A DNA stretch of 64,000 bases. It comes from an uncultured Acidobacteriota bacterium (GTDB lineage Bacteria > Acidobacteriota > Thermoanaerobaculia > Multivoradales > Multivoraceae). The position numbers were made by a program, and so were the translations under genes. The notes under the pieces were generated by a model. It saw only the letters and a list, made by a program, of their open reading frames with translations. It was not told the origin of the DNA and searched no databases. Of this stretch, positions 1 to 10,345 are shown piece after piece. The stretch is taken from contig CAWKPF010000002.1 in NCBI GenBank assembly GCA_963851415.1, positions 2,374,526-2,438,525 on the forward strand, read 5' to 3'. Within the stretch, counting starts at the first letter, position 1, and each line of letters begins with the position of its first letter.

Positions 1-463
1 CACCCGGTGCCAGCGTACCCAGGAGCAGATCGACCGTCTCGGGATCGAAGAGACGCCGCTTGTGATGGCGGGCCTTGGGCCAGGGGTCGGGGAAGTAGAC
101 ATGCATCGCGCGGGCGAAGCCACGGGGCAGGCAAACGCTCAGCAGATAGAGCGCCTCGCCTCGGAGCAGCAGGAGGTTGTGAAGATCCCTGTGGGCCGCC
201 CGACTGGCAGCCAGTCGGAAGTACTTGCTGACGATCTCGATCCCCAGGAATCCCGTATTCGGCTCTCGCGCAGCGCGATCGAGCAGGAAGCGACCCTTGC
301 CGAAACCGATCTCGATCTCCCAGGCACGAGCCTCCTCTCCACCGCCCGAGAAAGCCAGCGGGCCGAGGTCGAGCGGAAGAGCGTAGGACTCGACCAGCCT
401 CTCGTCACCCGGCGGTAACACTCCGCCGGTCAGCCGCGCCGGCTGACCCGGATGTCGTCTCAC
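1..463 (-). CDS. trmB: tRNA (guanine46-N7)-methyltransferase TrmB, partial (C-terminal end lies beyond window start)
   Basis: Minus-strand frame reads ...WEIEIGFGKGRFLLDRAAREPNTGFLGIEI...HVYFPDPWPKARHHKRRLFDPE...; FPDPWPKxRHHKRR and EIGFGxG are TrmB signatures. Candidate GTG starts at 463/469. Absent from the ORF track because it runs off the window edge. Confidence 0.6.
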   Translation of the reverse strand, partial: MRRHPGQPARLTGGVLPPGDERLVESYALPLDLGPLAFSGGGEEARAWEIEIGFGKGRFLLDRAAREPNTGFLGIEIVSKYFRLAASRAAHRDLHNLLLLRGEALYLLSVCLPRGFARAMHVYFPDPWPKARHHKRRLFDPETVDLLLGTLAPG

Positions 464-545
464 AGCCACGAGTGTAGCGGCGAGATCGGGCGCCCGCTGG
501 CACAGCACTGAGAGGAGCAAGACACGGCCTCCGACCCTCGATCGC

Positions 546-1610
546 TCACAGCAGCCGATCGATTCCGCGCCGCTTCAGCTCTGCCACGACGTGGCGAACG
601 TCCTGCGCGCGCTCTCGGGGCATGACCAGTGTGGCGTCTCCCGTGCGAATCACTGCCAGTCCCTCGACCCCGATGACCGCGGTCAAGCCCTCGTCACTGA
701 TGACCAGGTTGTCTCTGGCATCGACCAGGATCGTCTCGCCCCGACACCGATTGCCGGCTTCATCTGCGTGAATCAGCTCCGACATCGCCTCCCAGGAGCC
801 CAGGTCGCTCCACTCGCAGTCGAGCGGCACGGTGGCGATGTCCTCCACGTGCTCCATGACGCCGTGGTCGATCGAGATCGCTGCCAGATTCTCGTAGAGC
901 GCGCTTCGCTGCTCCGGCTCTGCGGCGATCACCGAGTCGATACCTGCCGCAATCTCTGGCTGGTGACGCACCAGCTCTCGCCACAAGACCTTCGCCGGAC
1001 ACACGAAGATGCCTCCGTTCCAGAGATGGCGTCCACCCTCGACGAAACGCGCCGCGGCCTCGGCACTCGGCTTCTCGACGAAGCGGCGGACCGCGGTAGC
1101 GACCGGCTCCTCAGGCGCCGGTGCTTCGAGCTCGAGATAACCGAAGCCGCTCTCTGCCCATCGGGGCCTCACACCGAGAGTGAGAATCCGGTCCCGATCG
1201 AGGGCGTCGCGAGCGGCGACTTCGAGCGCTCGACGAAATGCGGCGGGATTGCCGACCCAATGATCCGAGGGCAGCACCGCAACGACGCCGTCGACCCCGG
1301 CCTGCATCATCGTTCGCACGGCCCAGCCGATCGCCGGCGCCGTGTTACGACCCATCGGCTCCGCCAGGATCTGCTCGGACGGCACCGACTCCAGCTCGTC
1401 GTCCACCGCGGCAGCAAGACGCTCGGTAGTACAGACCCAGATCTGCTCGGGCGGAACCAGAGGCGCCAGACGGGTGACGGTTTCGGCGAGCAGACTCTTG
1501 CCATCGGCAAACGGAAGCAGCTGCTTCGGACGGTCTCGACGAGAGGCGGGCCAGAAGCGCGTGCCACTGCCACCGGCGAGAATGAGCGCGTGGATGGGGG
1601 GAGTGGTCAT
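546..1610 (-). CDS. manC: mannose-1-phosphate guanylyltransferase (GDP-mannose pyrophosphorylase), nucleotidyltransferase-only form
   Basis: N-terminus MTTPPIHALILAGGSGTRFWPASRRDRPKQLL is the classic ManC/CpsB NTP-transferase motif; 354 aa. Confidence 0.85.
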   Translation of the reverse strand: MTTPPIHALILAGGSGTRFWPASRRDRPKQLLPFADGKSLLAETVTRLAPLVPPEQIWVCTTERLAAAVDDELESVPSEQILAEPMGRNTAPAIGWAVRTMMQAGVDGVVAVLPSDHWVGNPAAFRRALEVAARDALDRDRILTLGVRPRWAESGFGYLELEAPAPEEPVATAVRRFVEKPSAEAAARFVEGGRHLWNGGIFVCPAKVLWRELVRHQPEIAAGIDSVIAAEPEQRSALYENLAAISIDHGVMEHVEDIATVPLDCEWSDLGSWEAMSELIHADEAGNRCRGETILVDARDNLVISDEGLTAVIGVEGLAVIRTGDATLVMPRERAQDVRHVVAELKRRGIDRLL

Positions 1611-1649
1611 GACTAGGCTCTTTCGATGGCGAGGCGATCCGGCAGCCGC

Positions 1650-2324
1650 TCAGCCGAGCTCCGGGTTCCAGAGACTGATCTCTTCGAGCGACTTGCGCTC
1701 CAGATCGGGAACCTCGACTCCGGGCGCAGGATAGCCCACCGGAAACAAGATGTAGGCCTTCTCGTTGCGCGGTCGCCCGAGGATCTCACCGAGGAATCGC
1801 ATCGGGCTCGGCGTATGCGTGAGTGTGGCCAACCCCATCTGATGCAAAGCTGCAATGAAGATCCCGCAGGCGATACCGACACTCTCTTTGACGTAGTAGT
1901 TCTTCCGCTTGTTGCCGTCGGGGAGATAGCCGAACAGCTCCTCGAAGACGACCACGAGCCAGGGCGCGGTCTCGAGGTAGGGCTTGTGGGAGGTCGTGCC
2001 GAGCGGCTCGAGGGCCTCGCGCCAGGCCGGAGGCATCCGGCCTCCTTCGTAGTTCTCGCGCTCCTCTCGTTCGGCGGCGAGTCGAATCTGCTTCTTGATC
2101 GCTGGATCATCCACTGCCACGAACAGCCAGGGCTGGCGGTGAGCCCCCGAGGGAGCCGTCGAAGCCGTCTGGATCGCCAGCTCGATCAGCTCCCGGTCCA
2201 CCGGCTGGTCGGAGAACTCACGCACGCTCCGGCGGCGATCCATCTGTCGATAGAACGTCCGCGCTCGGCGACGCATCTCTTCCGGATCGAGACGTTCGAA
2301 GTCATAGGGCTTGGTCGGCAGCAT
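1650..2324 (-). CDS. nitroreductase-family flavoprotein
   Basis: RRSVREFSDQPVDRELIELAIQTASTAPSGAHRQPW matches the nitroreductase fold N-terminal consensus. Start trimmed to the ATG at 2324 (GAGG ~11 nt upstream); the ORF-track start 2360 is a GTG. Confidence 0.7.
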   Translation of the reverse strand: MLPTKPYDFERLDPEEMRRRARTFYRQMDRRRSVREFSDQPVDRELIELAIQTASTAPSGAHRQPWLFVAVDDPAIKKQIRLAAEREERENYEGGRMPPAWREALEPLGTTSHKPYLETAPWLVVVFEELFGYLPDGNKRKNYYVKESVGIACGIFIAALHQMGLATLTHTPSPMRFLGEILGRPRNEKAYILFPVGYPAPGVEVPDLERKSLEEISLWNPELG

Positions 2325-2388
2325 GACGGTCTCAACCTCACTGAGGGTGTTCAGACCCACGGCCGGGTCGACGGCTACCGACTCCCCG

Positions 2389-3459
2389 TTACTCGGTGCG
2401 CTCGACCCCGAGGCGCTCGAGCTCGCTCTCGATCACTTCGGACATCTGCTCGAAGGGAACCGCACCCGACATCGGTCGACCGTTGACGAAGATCGCTGGG
2501 GTTCCCGTTACGCCAGCCAGGGTTCCGGCCCGCACGTCCTCTTCCACCGCCGCGGCCTTGCGCCCGCTGGTCAGACAGATCGAGAACTCGGCCTCATCGA
2601 GCCCCAGGCGAGTGGCCTTCTCCTGCAGCGATGCCACCGACAGCTGCTTCTGCTCGGCGAACATCAGGTCGTGCATCTCCCAGAACTTGCCCTGGTCGTC
2701 GGCACACAGCGAAGCCTCGGCAGCCTTGCGAGCGTTGGCGTGGATGCTGTCGAGAGGAAACTGGCGAAACACGATCTGCACGACGTCGCCGTACTCCTCG
2801 ATCACGCGCTCCATCGTGGGGTTCACCCGCTGACAGAACGGGCACTCGAAGTCCGAGAACTCGACGATGGTGACTGGCGCACTCTCCGCGCCCTTGGTCG
2901 GCCCCCCGGCAGCCTCGACACTCACTCGATAGGGCTCGAGCATCACCTCGACCGCGGTCGACTCTCGTAGCGAGGCGTTGAGCTTCTCGGTGGCGAGAAA
3001 CTGCTTGATCTGGTCCGCCACCTGCTCCTGGGTCGCGCCCCGCAGCCGACTCTGATTCCTGTTGTACCAATCGGTCACCTCCTGCTCGGAGATGGACTCC
3101 AGGTTCTGTTCGATCTGAGCAGCCTCCCAGGCCGACACGTCGAGGCCCGAGTCGGCCGCCGCCGCAGTGAGAAGGCGATTCCGCACCAGCTCGTCGATCG
3201 CCAGCTCCATCGCGCGGTGACGATTCTGATTCGCCTGGGACTCGCATTGGAGTCGCTGCATCTCGACCGCTTTCAGGTTCTCGGCGGCAGCCTCCTCGAC
3301 CTCGGCACGGGTGACGATCTCTTCACCGATGGTGACCATGGGGTCGTCGGAGTCCGGGGTCTGAACGCTGGAGCCCGGCTCGCCACCGAGACAGGCGACG
3401 GCGCCGAGGAGGAAGCCGACGGCGGCAATCGAGGGGATGAGCTTGAGCTGAGGGATCAT
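2389..3459 (-). CDS. DsbA-family thiol:disulfide oxidoreductase with long N-terminal coiled-coil/signal region
   Basis: FSDFECPFCQRV (CPFC thioredoxin motif) in the C-terminal half. N-terminus MIPQLKLIPSIAAVGFLLGAVACLGG is signal/lipobox-like. GGAG 7 nt upstream of the ATG at 3459. Confidence 0.75.
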   Translation of the reverse strand: MIPQLKLIPSIAAVGFLLGAVACLGGEPGSSVQTPDSDDPMVTIGEEIVTRAEVEEAAAENLKAVEMQRLQCESQANQNRHRAMELAIDELVRNRLLTAAAADSGLDVSAWEAAQIEQNLESISEQEVTDWYNRNQSRLRGATQEQVADQIKQFLATEKLNASLRESTAVEVMLEPYRVSVEAAGGPTKGAESAPVTIVEFSDFECPFCQRVNPTMERVIEEYGDVVQIVFRQFPLDSIHANARKAAEASLCADDQGKFWEMHDLMFAEQKQLSVASLQEKATRLGLDEAEFSICLTSGRKAAAVEEDVRAGTLAGVTGTPAIFVNGRPMSGAVPFEQMSEVIESELERLGVERTE

Positions 3460-3723
3460 GGTCGTCTCCGGAGAGGAAGTCTCACAGGGCAAGGGTCGTG
3501 GCGCCGCGACCTGTCGCGGCCCCTTCCCGACCGGCCTGCGCGAAAAGGGGGGTTGGTTGGAGCGGTCTTCTGGAGGTGGGAGCGGACAGGAGCTCGGCGG
3601 CCACAGGTCGTCGAGCGCACGGAGGATACGAGTCTATCAGCGGGTGCGGTTCTACGAAACGCCGGAATGACCCATTTTCCGGCTCGAACCGGCCGCCGCA
3701 GCCTCGGACCGGCTCCCCACAGG

Positions 3724-4563
3724 TCACCCGTCGGCTCGGGGAACCCGCGAAAAGCTGCGCGCGACCCAGCCCTCGAGGATCCTCTGCGCAGTAATGCCTC
3801 GCGAGCGCAGATCGGGGCCCTCGAGCAGCTCCTCGGCCAGCCCGAGCAGGGAGCGTCGCATCTCGGAGTGCTCGCAGCGTCGAGCCGCAGCGAGCACCGT
3901 CGCGCTGGCCCGAGCCCAGGGCTCGCCCGAACGAGGGTCCTCCCAGCCGCCTAGGTCCAGGAGACTGGCGGCATAGGAAAGAACGAAGACCGACGAGCGC
4001 AGCCGAAGCCAGTCCTCGACTGCCGAGACCAGGCGGTCGACGACTTCCTCGTTCGCCTCACCCGTCACGCTCTGTCCCAGGAAAATGGACAGACAACGAC
4101 TGCGCAGCGTCGGCAGCAGATCGGTGGCAGAGGGGGCGAGCAGAAGGAAGTGGCGCGGCGCCGAGTCTGGCGGCTCCTCGAGACTCTTGAGCAGAGCGTT
4201 GGCGGCGCCCCCCGTGAGGGATTCCGCGCTGGTGATCATCAACACCTGGCCCCGGGCCTCGAAGGGACTCTGCTGAATGCTCCGCAGCAGACCACGGGTG
4301 GCATCGGCCGACGTGGAGGTCTTGAGGTCGCGCTCCAGCACCAGGAAGTCAGGATGAAAATGATCTCCGTCTCCGGGGCCTTCGATCCTGCGACAGTGCC
4401 GGCAGGTACCGCAGGGTCGCTCGTCGGGGGCCAGCTCGCAGAGCAGCGTTCGAGCCAGTTCGACACCCGCCGCAATCCGCCCCTCGCGGCTCCCACCGTG
4501 CAAGATCACGCCCGGATAGAGAGCCCCTTCGCGCGCCTTCTCCAATGCTGGATCGATTGCCAT
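3724..4563 (-). CDS. holB: DNA polymerase III subunit delta'
   Basis: ILHGGSREG... and the zinc module PCGTCRHCRRI are typical of HolB. Lies immediately downstream of tmk, the conserved tmk-holB order. Confidence 0.8.
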   Translation of the reverse strand: MAIDPALEKAREGALYPGVILHGGSREGRIAAGVELARTLLCELAPDERPCGTCRHCRRIEGPGDGDHFHPDFLVLERDLKTSTSADATRGLLRSIQQSPFEARGQVLMITSAESLTGGAANALLKSLEEPPDSAPRHFLLLAPSATDLLPTLRSRCLSIFLGQSVTGEANEEVVDRLVSAVEDWLRLRSSVFVLSYAASLLDLGGWEDPRSGEPWARASATVLAAARRCEHSEMRRSLLGLAEELLEGPDLRSRGITAQRILEGWVARSFSRVPRADG

Positions 4564-4571
4564 GTCTGCGC

Positions 4572-5210
4572 TCAGTGCTCCAACCAGCGCTGCATCCAGG
4601 CACGAACCTGTTCCCGGGTGCCATCGCGCGGGCCCTCGGAAGAGACGACCGCGATGCGCTCGGGCTCTTGCTCGGCCAGTGCCAGGAAGCCGGTTCTCAC
4701 CCGGCGGTAGAAGTCGAGCTGCTCGTCGTCGAGCCGGTCCACGCTGCCCTGTCGCCTGCGACCCCGCGAACGCCCTCGGCTTCTCGCCGCCTCGGCCGAG
4801 AGATCGAGCAGCAGGGTATGGTCCGGCCGCCGACCGCCCGTCGCCACGCTCTCGATCGTCTCGATGTCATCCAACGACACACCGCGACCGTATCCCTGGT
4901 AGGCCATGGTCGAATCGGTGAAGCGATCGCACAGTACCCATTGCCCTCGCGCCAACGCCGGCTCGATGACCTCCATCAGATGCTGACGTCGGCTCGCGAA
5001 GACCAACAGGAGCTCGACACGACCGTCGAGCTTCCCCCAACGCGAATCGAGAAAGAGGGAACGAATCTCCTGTCCGAGCGGTGTACCGCCCGGCTCATGG
5101 GTCACACAACAAGGCTGACCCTGCTCTTCGAGCCACTCGGCCGCCCAACGAAGTTGGGTCGACTTCCCGCTGCCGTCGAGCCCTTCGAAAGTCACGAAAC
5201 GCGCAGACAT
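4572..5210 (-). CDS. tmk: thymidylate kinase
   Basis: MSARFVTFEGLDGSGKSTQ P-loop and overall Tmk architecture. Start moved to MSARF; the ORF-track extension to 5282 has no support. Confidence 0.9.
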   Translation of the reverse strand: MSARFVTFEGLDGSGKSTQLRWAAEWLEEQGQPCCVTHEPGGTPLGQEIRSLFLDSRWGKLDGRVELLLVFASRRQHLMEVIEPALARGQWVLCDRFTDSTMAYQGYGRGVSLDDIETIESVATGGRRPDHTLLLDLSAEAARSRGRSRGRRRQGSVDRLDDEQLDFYRRVRTGFLALAEQEPERIAVVSSEGPRDGTREQVRAWMQRWLEH

Positions 5211-5310
5211 GCGTCGGTCAAGATAGCACGCGGGAGATAATGAAAGCAGACGCACTCCGTGCCGAGCGACTCCTCGAAACACGGGGACGCGAGATCGAGA
5301 CCCCTGGGAA

Positions 5311-5730
5311 ATGAGCGAAGTTCGCGAACACCCCGACCTACTGTTCTTCGACGGCGCATGCGGTCTCTGTCACGGCTCGGTGCGATTCGCTGTTCACCGT
5401 GATCGCGATGGGGCGATTCGCTATGCGCCGATCGGAGGGCCGACCTGGCAGCAACACCTGACACCGAAGCAGCGCGAGACCGCGCCGGACTCGGTGCTCG
5501 TCTTGACCGCCGAAGGCGAGCTCCTCGAGCGCAGCGATGCAGCACTTCGCGTCCTGCGAAGGCTCCCTTGGCCCTGGAGCTGGCTCGGTGGGGCTCTGGG
5601 GTGGATCCCGCGGCCGCTGCGCGACGCCACCTACGACTGGGTGGCACGCCGGCGCCGGCGCTGGTTTCGCACGCCCAGCGAGAGCTGTCCACTGGTTCCG
5701 GCCGAGCTGCGGCCACGCTTCGATCCCTAG
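5311..5730 (+). CDS. thiol-disulfide oxidoreductase DCC-family (DUF393) protein
   Basis: LLFFDGACGLCHGSVRF contains the DxxCxxC motif defining the DCC family; 139 aa. Confidence 0.7.
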   Translation: MSEVREHPDLLFFDGACGLCHGSVRFAVHRDRDGAIRYAPIGGPTWQQHLTPKQRETAPDSVLVLTAEGELLERSDAALRVLRRLPWPWSWLGGALGWIPRPLRDATYDWVARRRRRWFRTPSESCPLVPAELRPRFDP

Positions 5731-5873
5731 CTGCGATCGCTCAGTGCTCGACTGGTTTCGAGAAGCTCGAGCGGCGGGTCGGGGGCGACTGACGGCGAGT
5801 GGCGTCAGGCCCCGGTCCCCTTCTCTGTCCGCTCGTTCGCTGCACAGTCGGCTCGATCGCCAGACCGAAGAGG

Positions 5874-7628
5874 CTACAGGTCCACTTCCTCGATCCATGC
5901 CGAGACCGAGGCCGCAAGCATCGGGAGAGTGATCGAACCGCTGCCGAGCACCCGATCGTGAAAGGCGCGGAGCTCGAAGTCCCCCTGAAGCGAATTCTCG
6001 GCCAGGGATCGCAGTCGCCGAATCTCGAGCATGCCCAACATGTAGCTGGTGGCCTGCCCTGGCCAGGCGATGTAGCGGTTGATCTCCGACTCGATGTCAC
6101 CGGGCGGCCAGGCGGTGTTGGAGAGCATGAAGTCCACGGCTTGCTCGCGCGTCCAGCCTTTGGTGTGGAGGCCACTGTCGACCACCAGCCGCGCAGCCCG
6201 GGCCGCCTGGTCCGACAGCATGCCCATGCGATCGAGCGGCCCGCTGTAGAGACCCAGCTCATCGGCCAGCCTCTCGGAGTACAGTCCCCAGCCCTCGACA
6301 TAGCCGGAGTTCCAGGTGTAGCGAGCCAACGGATGGACACGATCCCCGAGCTCGAGCGCGATGGCACCCTGCAGGTGATGTCCCGGATAGGTCTCGTGGT
6401 AGAGCACCGACTGCTGAATGGCACGCGACCGATTCTCCGGCCGGACGACCGCAATGAAGTAGATGCCGGGCCTCGATCCGTCCTCCGAGGAATACACGTA
6501 CTCACCGGTACCGCTCGCTCGGTGCGGGGGATACGGCTCGATCAGGACCTCGGCTCGAGGCAACCGCCCGAAGGCCTCGGGCATCGTGTCGCGGGCGGCA
6601 TCCAGGGCCTCCACCGAGTACTCGAGAACCTCGGCTTCGGTTCGAAAGGTGAACCGAGGGTCGAGATTGAGACTCTGCAGAAAGGACTCGATCTCTCCTC
6701 CGCCGAAGTGTTCGTCGACGAGGGTCTGCATCTCGGCGCGGACGGTGGCGATTTGCTCCAGGCCGATGCGATGGATCTCATCGGCGGCCGGACTGATGGT
6801 GGCAAAGGAGCGCACGAGCAGCGGGTAACAAGCGTCGCCGTCGGGATGGGCGCTCAGTGCGATCTCCTCGCGAGCTGCCGGCAGGTATTCGTTCTCCATG
6901 AAGTCGGCGAAATGCTCGATCGCGGGTCTCGTGCTCTCGTTGAAGACCTTTGCTACGGCCTGGCCGAAGACCGGGTCGTCGCTCCTGGCAGCCATTCCGA
7001 GAAAGGGATTCTCGCTCTCGAGCAGGGAACGGACCTCACCGGGAACGTTGAGAGCCGTGACTCGGGGCGCGCTGTAGCCGAGCTCAAGGCCACGCCTGAG
7101 ATTCTCGACCTCCCTTTCGAGGTAGCCCGCGACCTTGCCGAGTCGAGCCACCGCCTGATCACGGAGCTCGGGTGTCTCGAGAGGCTGCAGTTCGAAGACC
7201 TGCGGCAGGCTGGTGTGCCACGCCGTGATGTCGGCGGCAGCCCACAGCTCGCTACGACATGAGCGAGTCGCGATCGAGCCGGCCAGTTGCTCGTGCAGGA
7301 TGCCGAAGGTCACCCAGTCGCGGCTCCCGATGTCGCCGGGCGCACCGATGTCCTCGAGCTCGCGAAGCCATGCATCCTCCCGGGCCTGCCAGGTAGCCCG
7401 TGCCTCTGGCGAGTTGTCGAAGAGCTCATCGTGACTCCTGCCTGGCAGCGAATAGGAGGTCGCCATTTCGGGGAAACGCTCGATCATGGCTTCCAGGTAT
7501 TCGTCCGCCACCTCTTCGATGCTGCGCCGTGCGGCCTCCGACTGATCCGCTGGCTGGCCGCAGCCCGTGATCAGGGCACAAGCTGGAATGAGCAGAGAGA
7601 GCAGTTTCAGTCCAGTCGGCCTTTTCAT
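5874..7628 (-). CDS. DUF885-family lipoprotein (putative metallopeptidase-like)
   Basis: Signal/lipobox LIPACALITGCGQP; internal HETYPGHHLQ motif characteristic of DUF885; 584 aa. Confidence 0.7.
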   Translation of the reverse strand: MKRPTGLKLLSLLIPACALITGCGQPADQSEAARRSIEEVADEYLEAMIERFPEMATSYSLPGRSHDELFDNSPEARATWQAREDAWLRELEDIGAPGDIGSRDWVTFGILHEQLAGSIATRSCRSELWAAADITAWHTSLPQVFELQPLETPELRDQAVARLGKVAGYLEREVENLRRGLELGYSAPRVTALNVPGEVRSLLESENPFLGMAARSDDPVFGQAVAKVFNESTRPAIEHFADFMENEYLPAAREEIALSAHPDGDACYPLLVRSFATISPAADEIHRIGLEQIATVRAEMQTLVDEHFGGGEIESFLQSLNLDPRFTFRTEAEVLEYSVEALDAARDTMPEAFGRLPRAEVLIEPYPPHRASGTGEYVYSSEDGSRPGIYFIAVVRPENRSRAIQQSVLYHETYPGHHLQGAIALELGDRVHPLARYTWNSGYVEGWGLYSERLADELGLYSGPLDRMGMLSDQAARAARLVVDSGLHTKGWTREQAVDFMLSNTAWPPGDIESEINRYIAWPGQATSYMLGMLEIRRLRSLAENSLQGDFELRAFHDRVLGSGSITLPMLAASVSAWIEEVDL

Positions 7629-7825
7629 GGAGATCCTTTCGTCGGCTCCTTCGGGAGTCAGATCGGGATCCTATAGAAGTCGTTGTCTGATCGACCTCGA
7701 CCGCCCTCTTCGATCCGATCGCGCCAGCCGAGGCCGTGCTCCGGAGCGAGGGCTAGCCGACGGTCCTCACGGGCCCCTGCGATTCCAGGCCGTCGTTGGA
7801 AGCGGGTGGTTGCCGCGCTCCGGCT

Positions 7826-8872
7826 CTATCCGGCAACCACTCGCCAGCTGTGCGTCTTGGCCACGAGCCAGACCGCCTTCCCGGGCATCAGGCCGAGCGC
7901 GCGCACGGCCGCGGGGGTGAGATGAACCCACCACTCGCCGACCCGCAGGAAGACATCGGCGCCCTCCACGACCCACTCGCCGATCGAGCCCGACAAGACA
8001 TTGCGGGCCGAGAGTCCACGCGGCGGCTCGGTCGAGAGCATCAGCTCCTCGGCATCGATGCCCAGCACCAGCTCGGTGCCGGGAGCGTGCAGGAAGGCCG
8101 GCGGGATCGAGATCTCTTCGCCGCTCGCCAGCTCGACCCGGGTCACGCCACCCTCTCGGTCGTGCGCTCGGACCCGAACCGAAACGAGATTCTCCCAGCG
8201 CTCGCCCCCGAAGCGAGAGGTGGCTTCGGCGCCGAGCAGCAGCCGGCGGGCTGGCCCTCGGGCCTCGAGTCGTCCTCGTTCGAGCAGGAGAACTTCATCG
8301 GCGAGTGCCAGCGCCTCTTCTCGCCGGTGGGTCACCACCAGGTATCGGTGCCGGGGACGGAGTCGGCGCAGAAGACCGAGGACCCGCCTCGCGCTTGCCG
8401 GGTCGAGTCCCTGGGTCGGCTCATCGAGCAGAAGCCAGCGCGGCTGCGCCAGGAGCGCCCGGCCGAGCGCCACCCTCCTGCGCTCTCCGCCAGAGAGATG
8501 ACGCGGAGACCGATCGAGAAGCTCACCGAGCTCCAGCTCACCGACCACCGATTCGAAGCCCGCTCGTTCGAGCGGCCGCGGCGTGGCGAAGCCCAGATTC
8601 TGGCGCACGCTCAGGTGGGGAAAGAGCAGTGCGTCTTGCGGCACCCATCCGAAACGTCGTCGGTGGGGAGGCAAGAAGGCGTGCTCGTCCTGAAGCGCCT
8701 CTCCATCGATCACCACCCGACCTTTCGCCCTCCGCAGTCCGAGAATCGACTCGAGCAGAGAGGACTTGCCCGCGCCGGAGGGCCCCAGCACCGCCGCGTG
8801 CGACGCCACGACCGCGCTCACCTCGAGACGAAATCGATCGAGAGGCAACTCGAGGGAGAGCTCCAGCGTCAT
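7826..8872 (-). CDS. modC: molybdate ABC transporter ATP-binding protein with C-terminal TOBE/Mop domain
   Basis: Walker A GPSGAGKSS, signature LSGGERRRVALGRAL, Walker B LLLDEP, C-terminal TOBE-like region. Start MTLELS at 8872 forms an ATGA overlap with the modB stop. Confidence 0.85.
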   Translation of the reverse strand: MTLELSLELPLDRFRLEVSAVVASHAAVLGPSGAGKSSLLESILGLRRAKGRVVIDGEALQDEHAFLPPHRRRFGWVPQDALLFPHLSVRQNLGFATPRPLERAGFESVVGELELGELLDRSPRHLSGGERRRVALGRALLAQPRWLLLDEPTQGLDPASARRVLGLLRRLRPRHRYLVVTHRREEALALADEVLLLERGRLEARGPARRLLLGAEATSRFGGERWENLVSVRVRAHDREGGVTRVELASGEEISIPPAFLHAPGTELVLGIDAEELMLSTEPPRGLSARNVLSGSIGEWVVEGADVFLRVGEWWVHLTPAAVRALGLMPGKAVWLVAKTHSWRVVAG

Positions 8873-9576
8873 CCGGACGACTCCCTTCGTCCATCGTCGA
8901 GGCGACGCTCGCGATAGCCGACCAACAACTCGGTCACCCAGAGTGCGAGAACCGCGAGAACCACCGCGACGCTCGCCAGACGCCACGCACCGACGTCGTC
9001 GCCCACCTGGGCCCGTTGGAAGAGGCCGAGCGCCAGGGTCTGCGTACGCCCGGGAATGTTCCCCGCGACCAGGATCGTGGCACCGAACTCGCCGAGCGCC
9101 CGACTGAACGCCATCAACGCACCCGCTGCGATCCCTCGCCAGGCCAGCGGGAGCTCGATGTCACGAAAACTCTGCCAGCCGTTGCGCCCCAGGGTGCGTG
9201 CCATCTGCACCAGCCTCGGATCCACCTCGTCGAGCGCGCCCCGCACCCCGCGCACCAGGAGCGGGAAGGAGACCACCCCAGCAGCGAGCGTAGCCGCCCA
9301 CCAGGTGAACACGACCCGCACCCCGAGCCATCGATCGAGCGGCCCGCCGAGCGGCCCGTCGGGCGAGAAGAGATAGAGCAGCAAGAGGCCAACCGCCGTG
9401 GGAGGAAGCACCAGGGGTAGAGTGACCAGGGTGTCGAGCACCGCTCTCCCCCGCCACCGTCGACGGCTGAGCAACCAGGCGGTGGCCACCCCCGGAATCA
9501 GGATCAACAGGGTCGACGCGGTCGCCACCCGCAGCGAGAGTGCGACCACCTCGAGCAGGTCGACGCCACCGCTCAT
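8869..9576 (-). CDS. modB: molybdate ABC transporter permease
   Basis: Five or six TM helices and the EAA-like loop MARTLGRNGWQSFRDIELPLAWRGI typical of ModB; 235 aa. Confidence 0.88.
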   Translation of the reverse strand: MSGGVDLLEVVALSLRVATASTLLILIPGVATAWLLSRRRWRGRAVLDTLVTLPLVLPPTAVGLLLLYLFSPDGPLGGPLDRWLGVRVVFTWWAATLAAGVVSFPLLVRGVRGALDEVDPRLVQMARTLGRNGWQSFRDIELPLAWRGIAAGALMAFSRALGEFGATILVAGNIPGRTQTLALGLFQRAQVGDDVGAWRLASVAVVLAVLALWVTELLVGYRERRLDDGRRESSG

Positions 9577-10319
9577 GGCGCGTCCCCACCGTGAAATCCA
9601 TGACGCTCGAAGATCTCACGAGCCGTTGCGCTGGTCAGAGCGTCCATGAACTCGCGGACCTCGGGAGCGATCGATCCATCGGCAGCCGGCAGCGGTGCCG
9701 CCACGTAGTGAACCGCTGGGCCCTCTGCTTCGCCCACCTGGTGGATCACCGTGACCCTGTCGGTGGTGCGCGCGTCGGTGGCATAGACGATCCCGATGTC
9801 GACCGCACCGCTCGCCACCGCATGCAGCGCCGAGCGCACATCGAGCGCGACCACGAGCCGGTCCTCCAGCAGGGGCCAGAGGCCTTCTCGATCGAGCCAT
9901 TGCCGAGCGTAGACCCCTGCGGGGACCCCCTCGGGATCGGCCACGGCTACTCGAGCCGCCTCGAGCAGAGCTTGACGCCAGGGGGGCCGACCACTCCGGG
10001 CAGCAGGCTCCGGAACGATCACCACGAGGCGGTTGGCCGCAACGGAAACCACCGAGGCCGGATCGACTCGTCCGGCATCGATCAGCCGATCCATCTGTTC
10101 GAGGTTCGCCGAGACGAAGAGCTGAGCCGGCGCCGCGGAGAGAATCTGACGGGCGAGCGTGTTGGAGCCGGCAAAGTGGAAGTCGACGTCCAGACCGGCT
10201 TCTCGCTCGACCTCCTCGAGCGCGTCGGCGAGCGAGGCCGCTGCGAAAACCAGGGGAGCCCGCTCCGAATGCGTGCAGGAGAGGAGCGTGATCTCGATGG
10301 CCGCTACGAGGACCACCAT
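9573..10319 (-). CDS. modA: molybdate ABC transporter substrate-binding protein
   Basis: ModA-like periplasmic binding protein (…FAAASLADALEEV…DFHFAGSNTLARQI…VVSVAANRLVVIVP…GIVYATDA). Start trimmed to MVVLVAAIE (10319); the ORF-track N-terminal 114 aa is R/G-rich low-complexity. Confidence 0.8.
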   Translation of the reverse strand: MVVLVAAIEITLLSCTHSERAPLVFAAASLADALEEVEREAGLDVDFHFAGSNTLARQILSAAPAQLFVSANLEQMDRLIDAGRVDPASVVSVAANRLVVIVPEPAARSGRPPWRQALLEAARVAVADPEGVPAGVYARQWLDREGLWPLLEDRLVVALDVRSALHAVASGAVDIGIVYATDARTTDRVTVIHQVGEAEGPAVHYVAAPLPAADGSIAPEVREFMDALTSATAREIFERHGFHGGDAP

Positions 10320-10345
10320 CGCACTTCGGGAGCCACAGATCGGCC

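Noticed and set aside
62-418. 118-aa + strand ORF at window start
   Set aside because: Antisense to the trmB reading frame, which carries the strongly conserved FPDPWPKARHHKRR motif. Typical high-GC shadow ORF.
591-1616. 341-aa + strand ORF
   Set aside because: Fully antisense to the well-supported manC-like gene; R/G/A/P-rich composition typical of wrong-strand frames.
7796-8917. 373-aa + strand ORF
   Set aside because: Antisense to modC (Walker A, signature and Walker B motifs on the minus strand); low-complexity translation.
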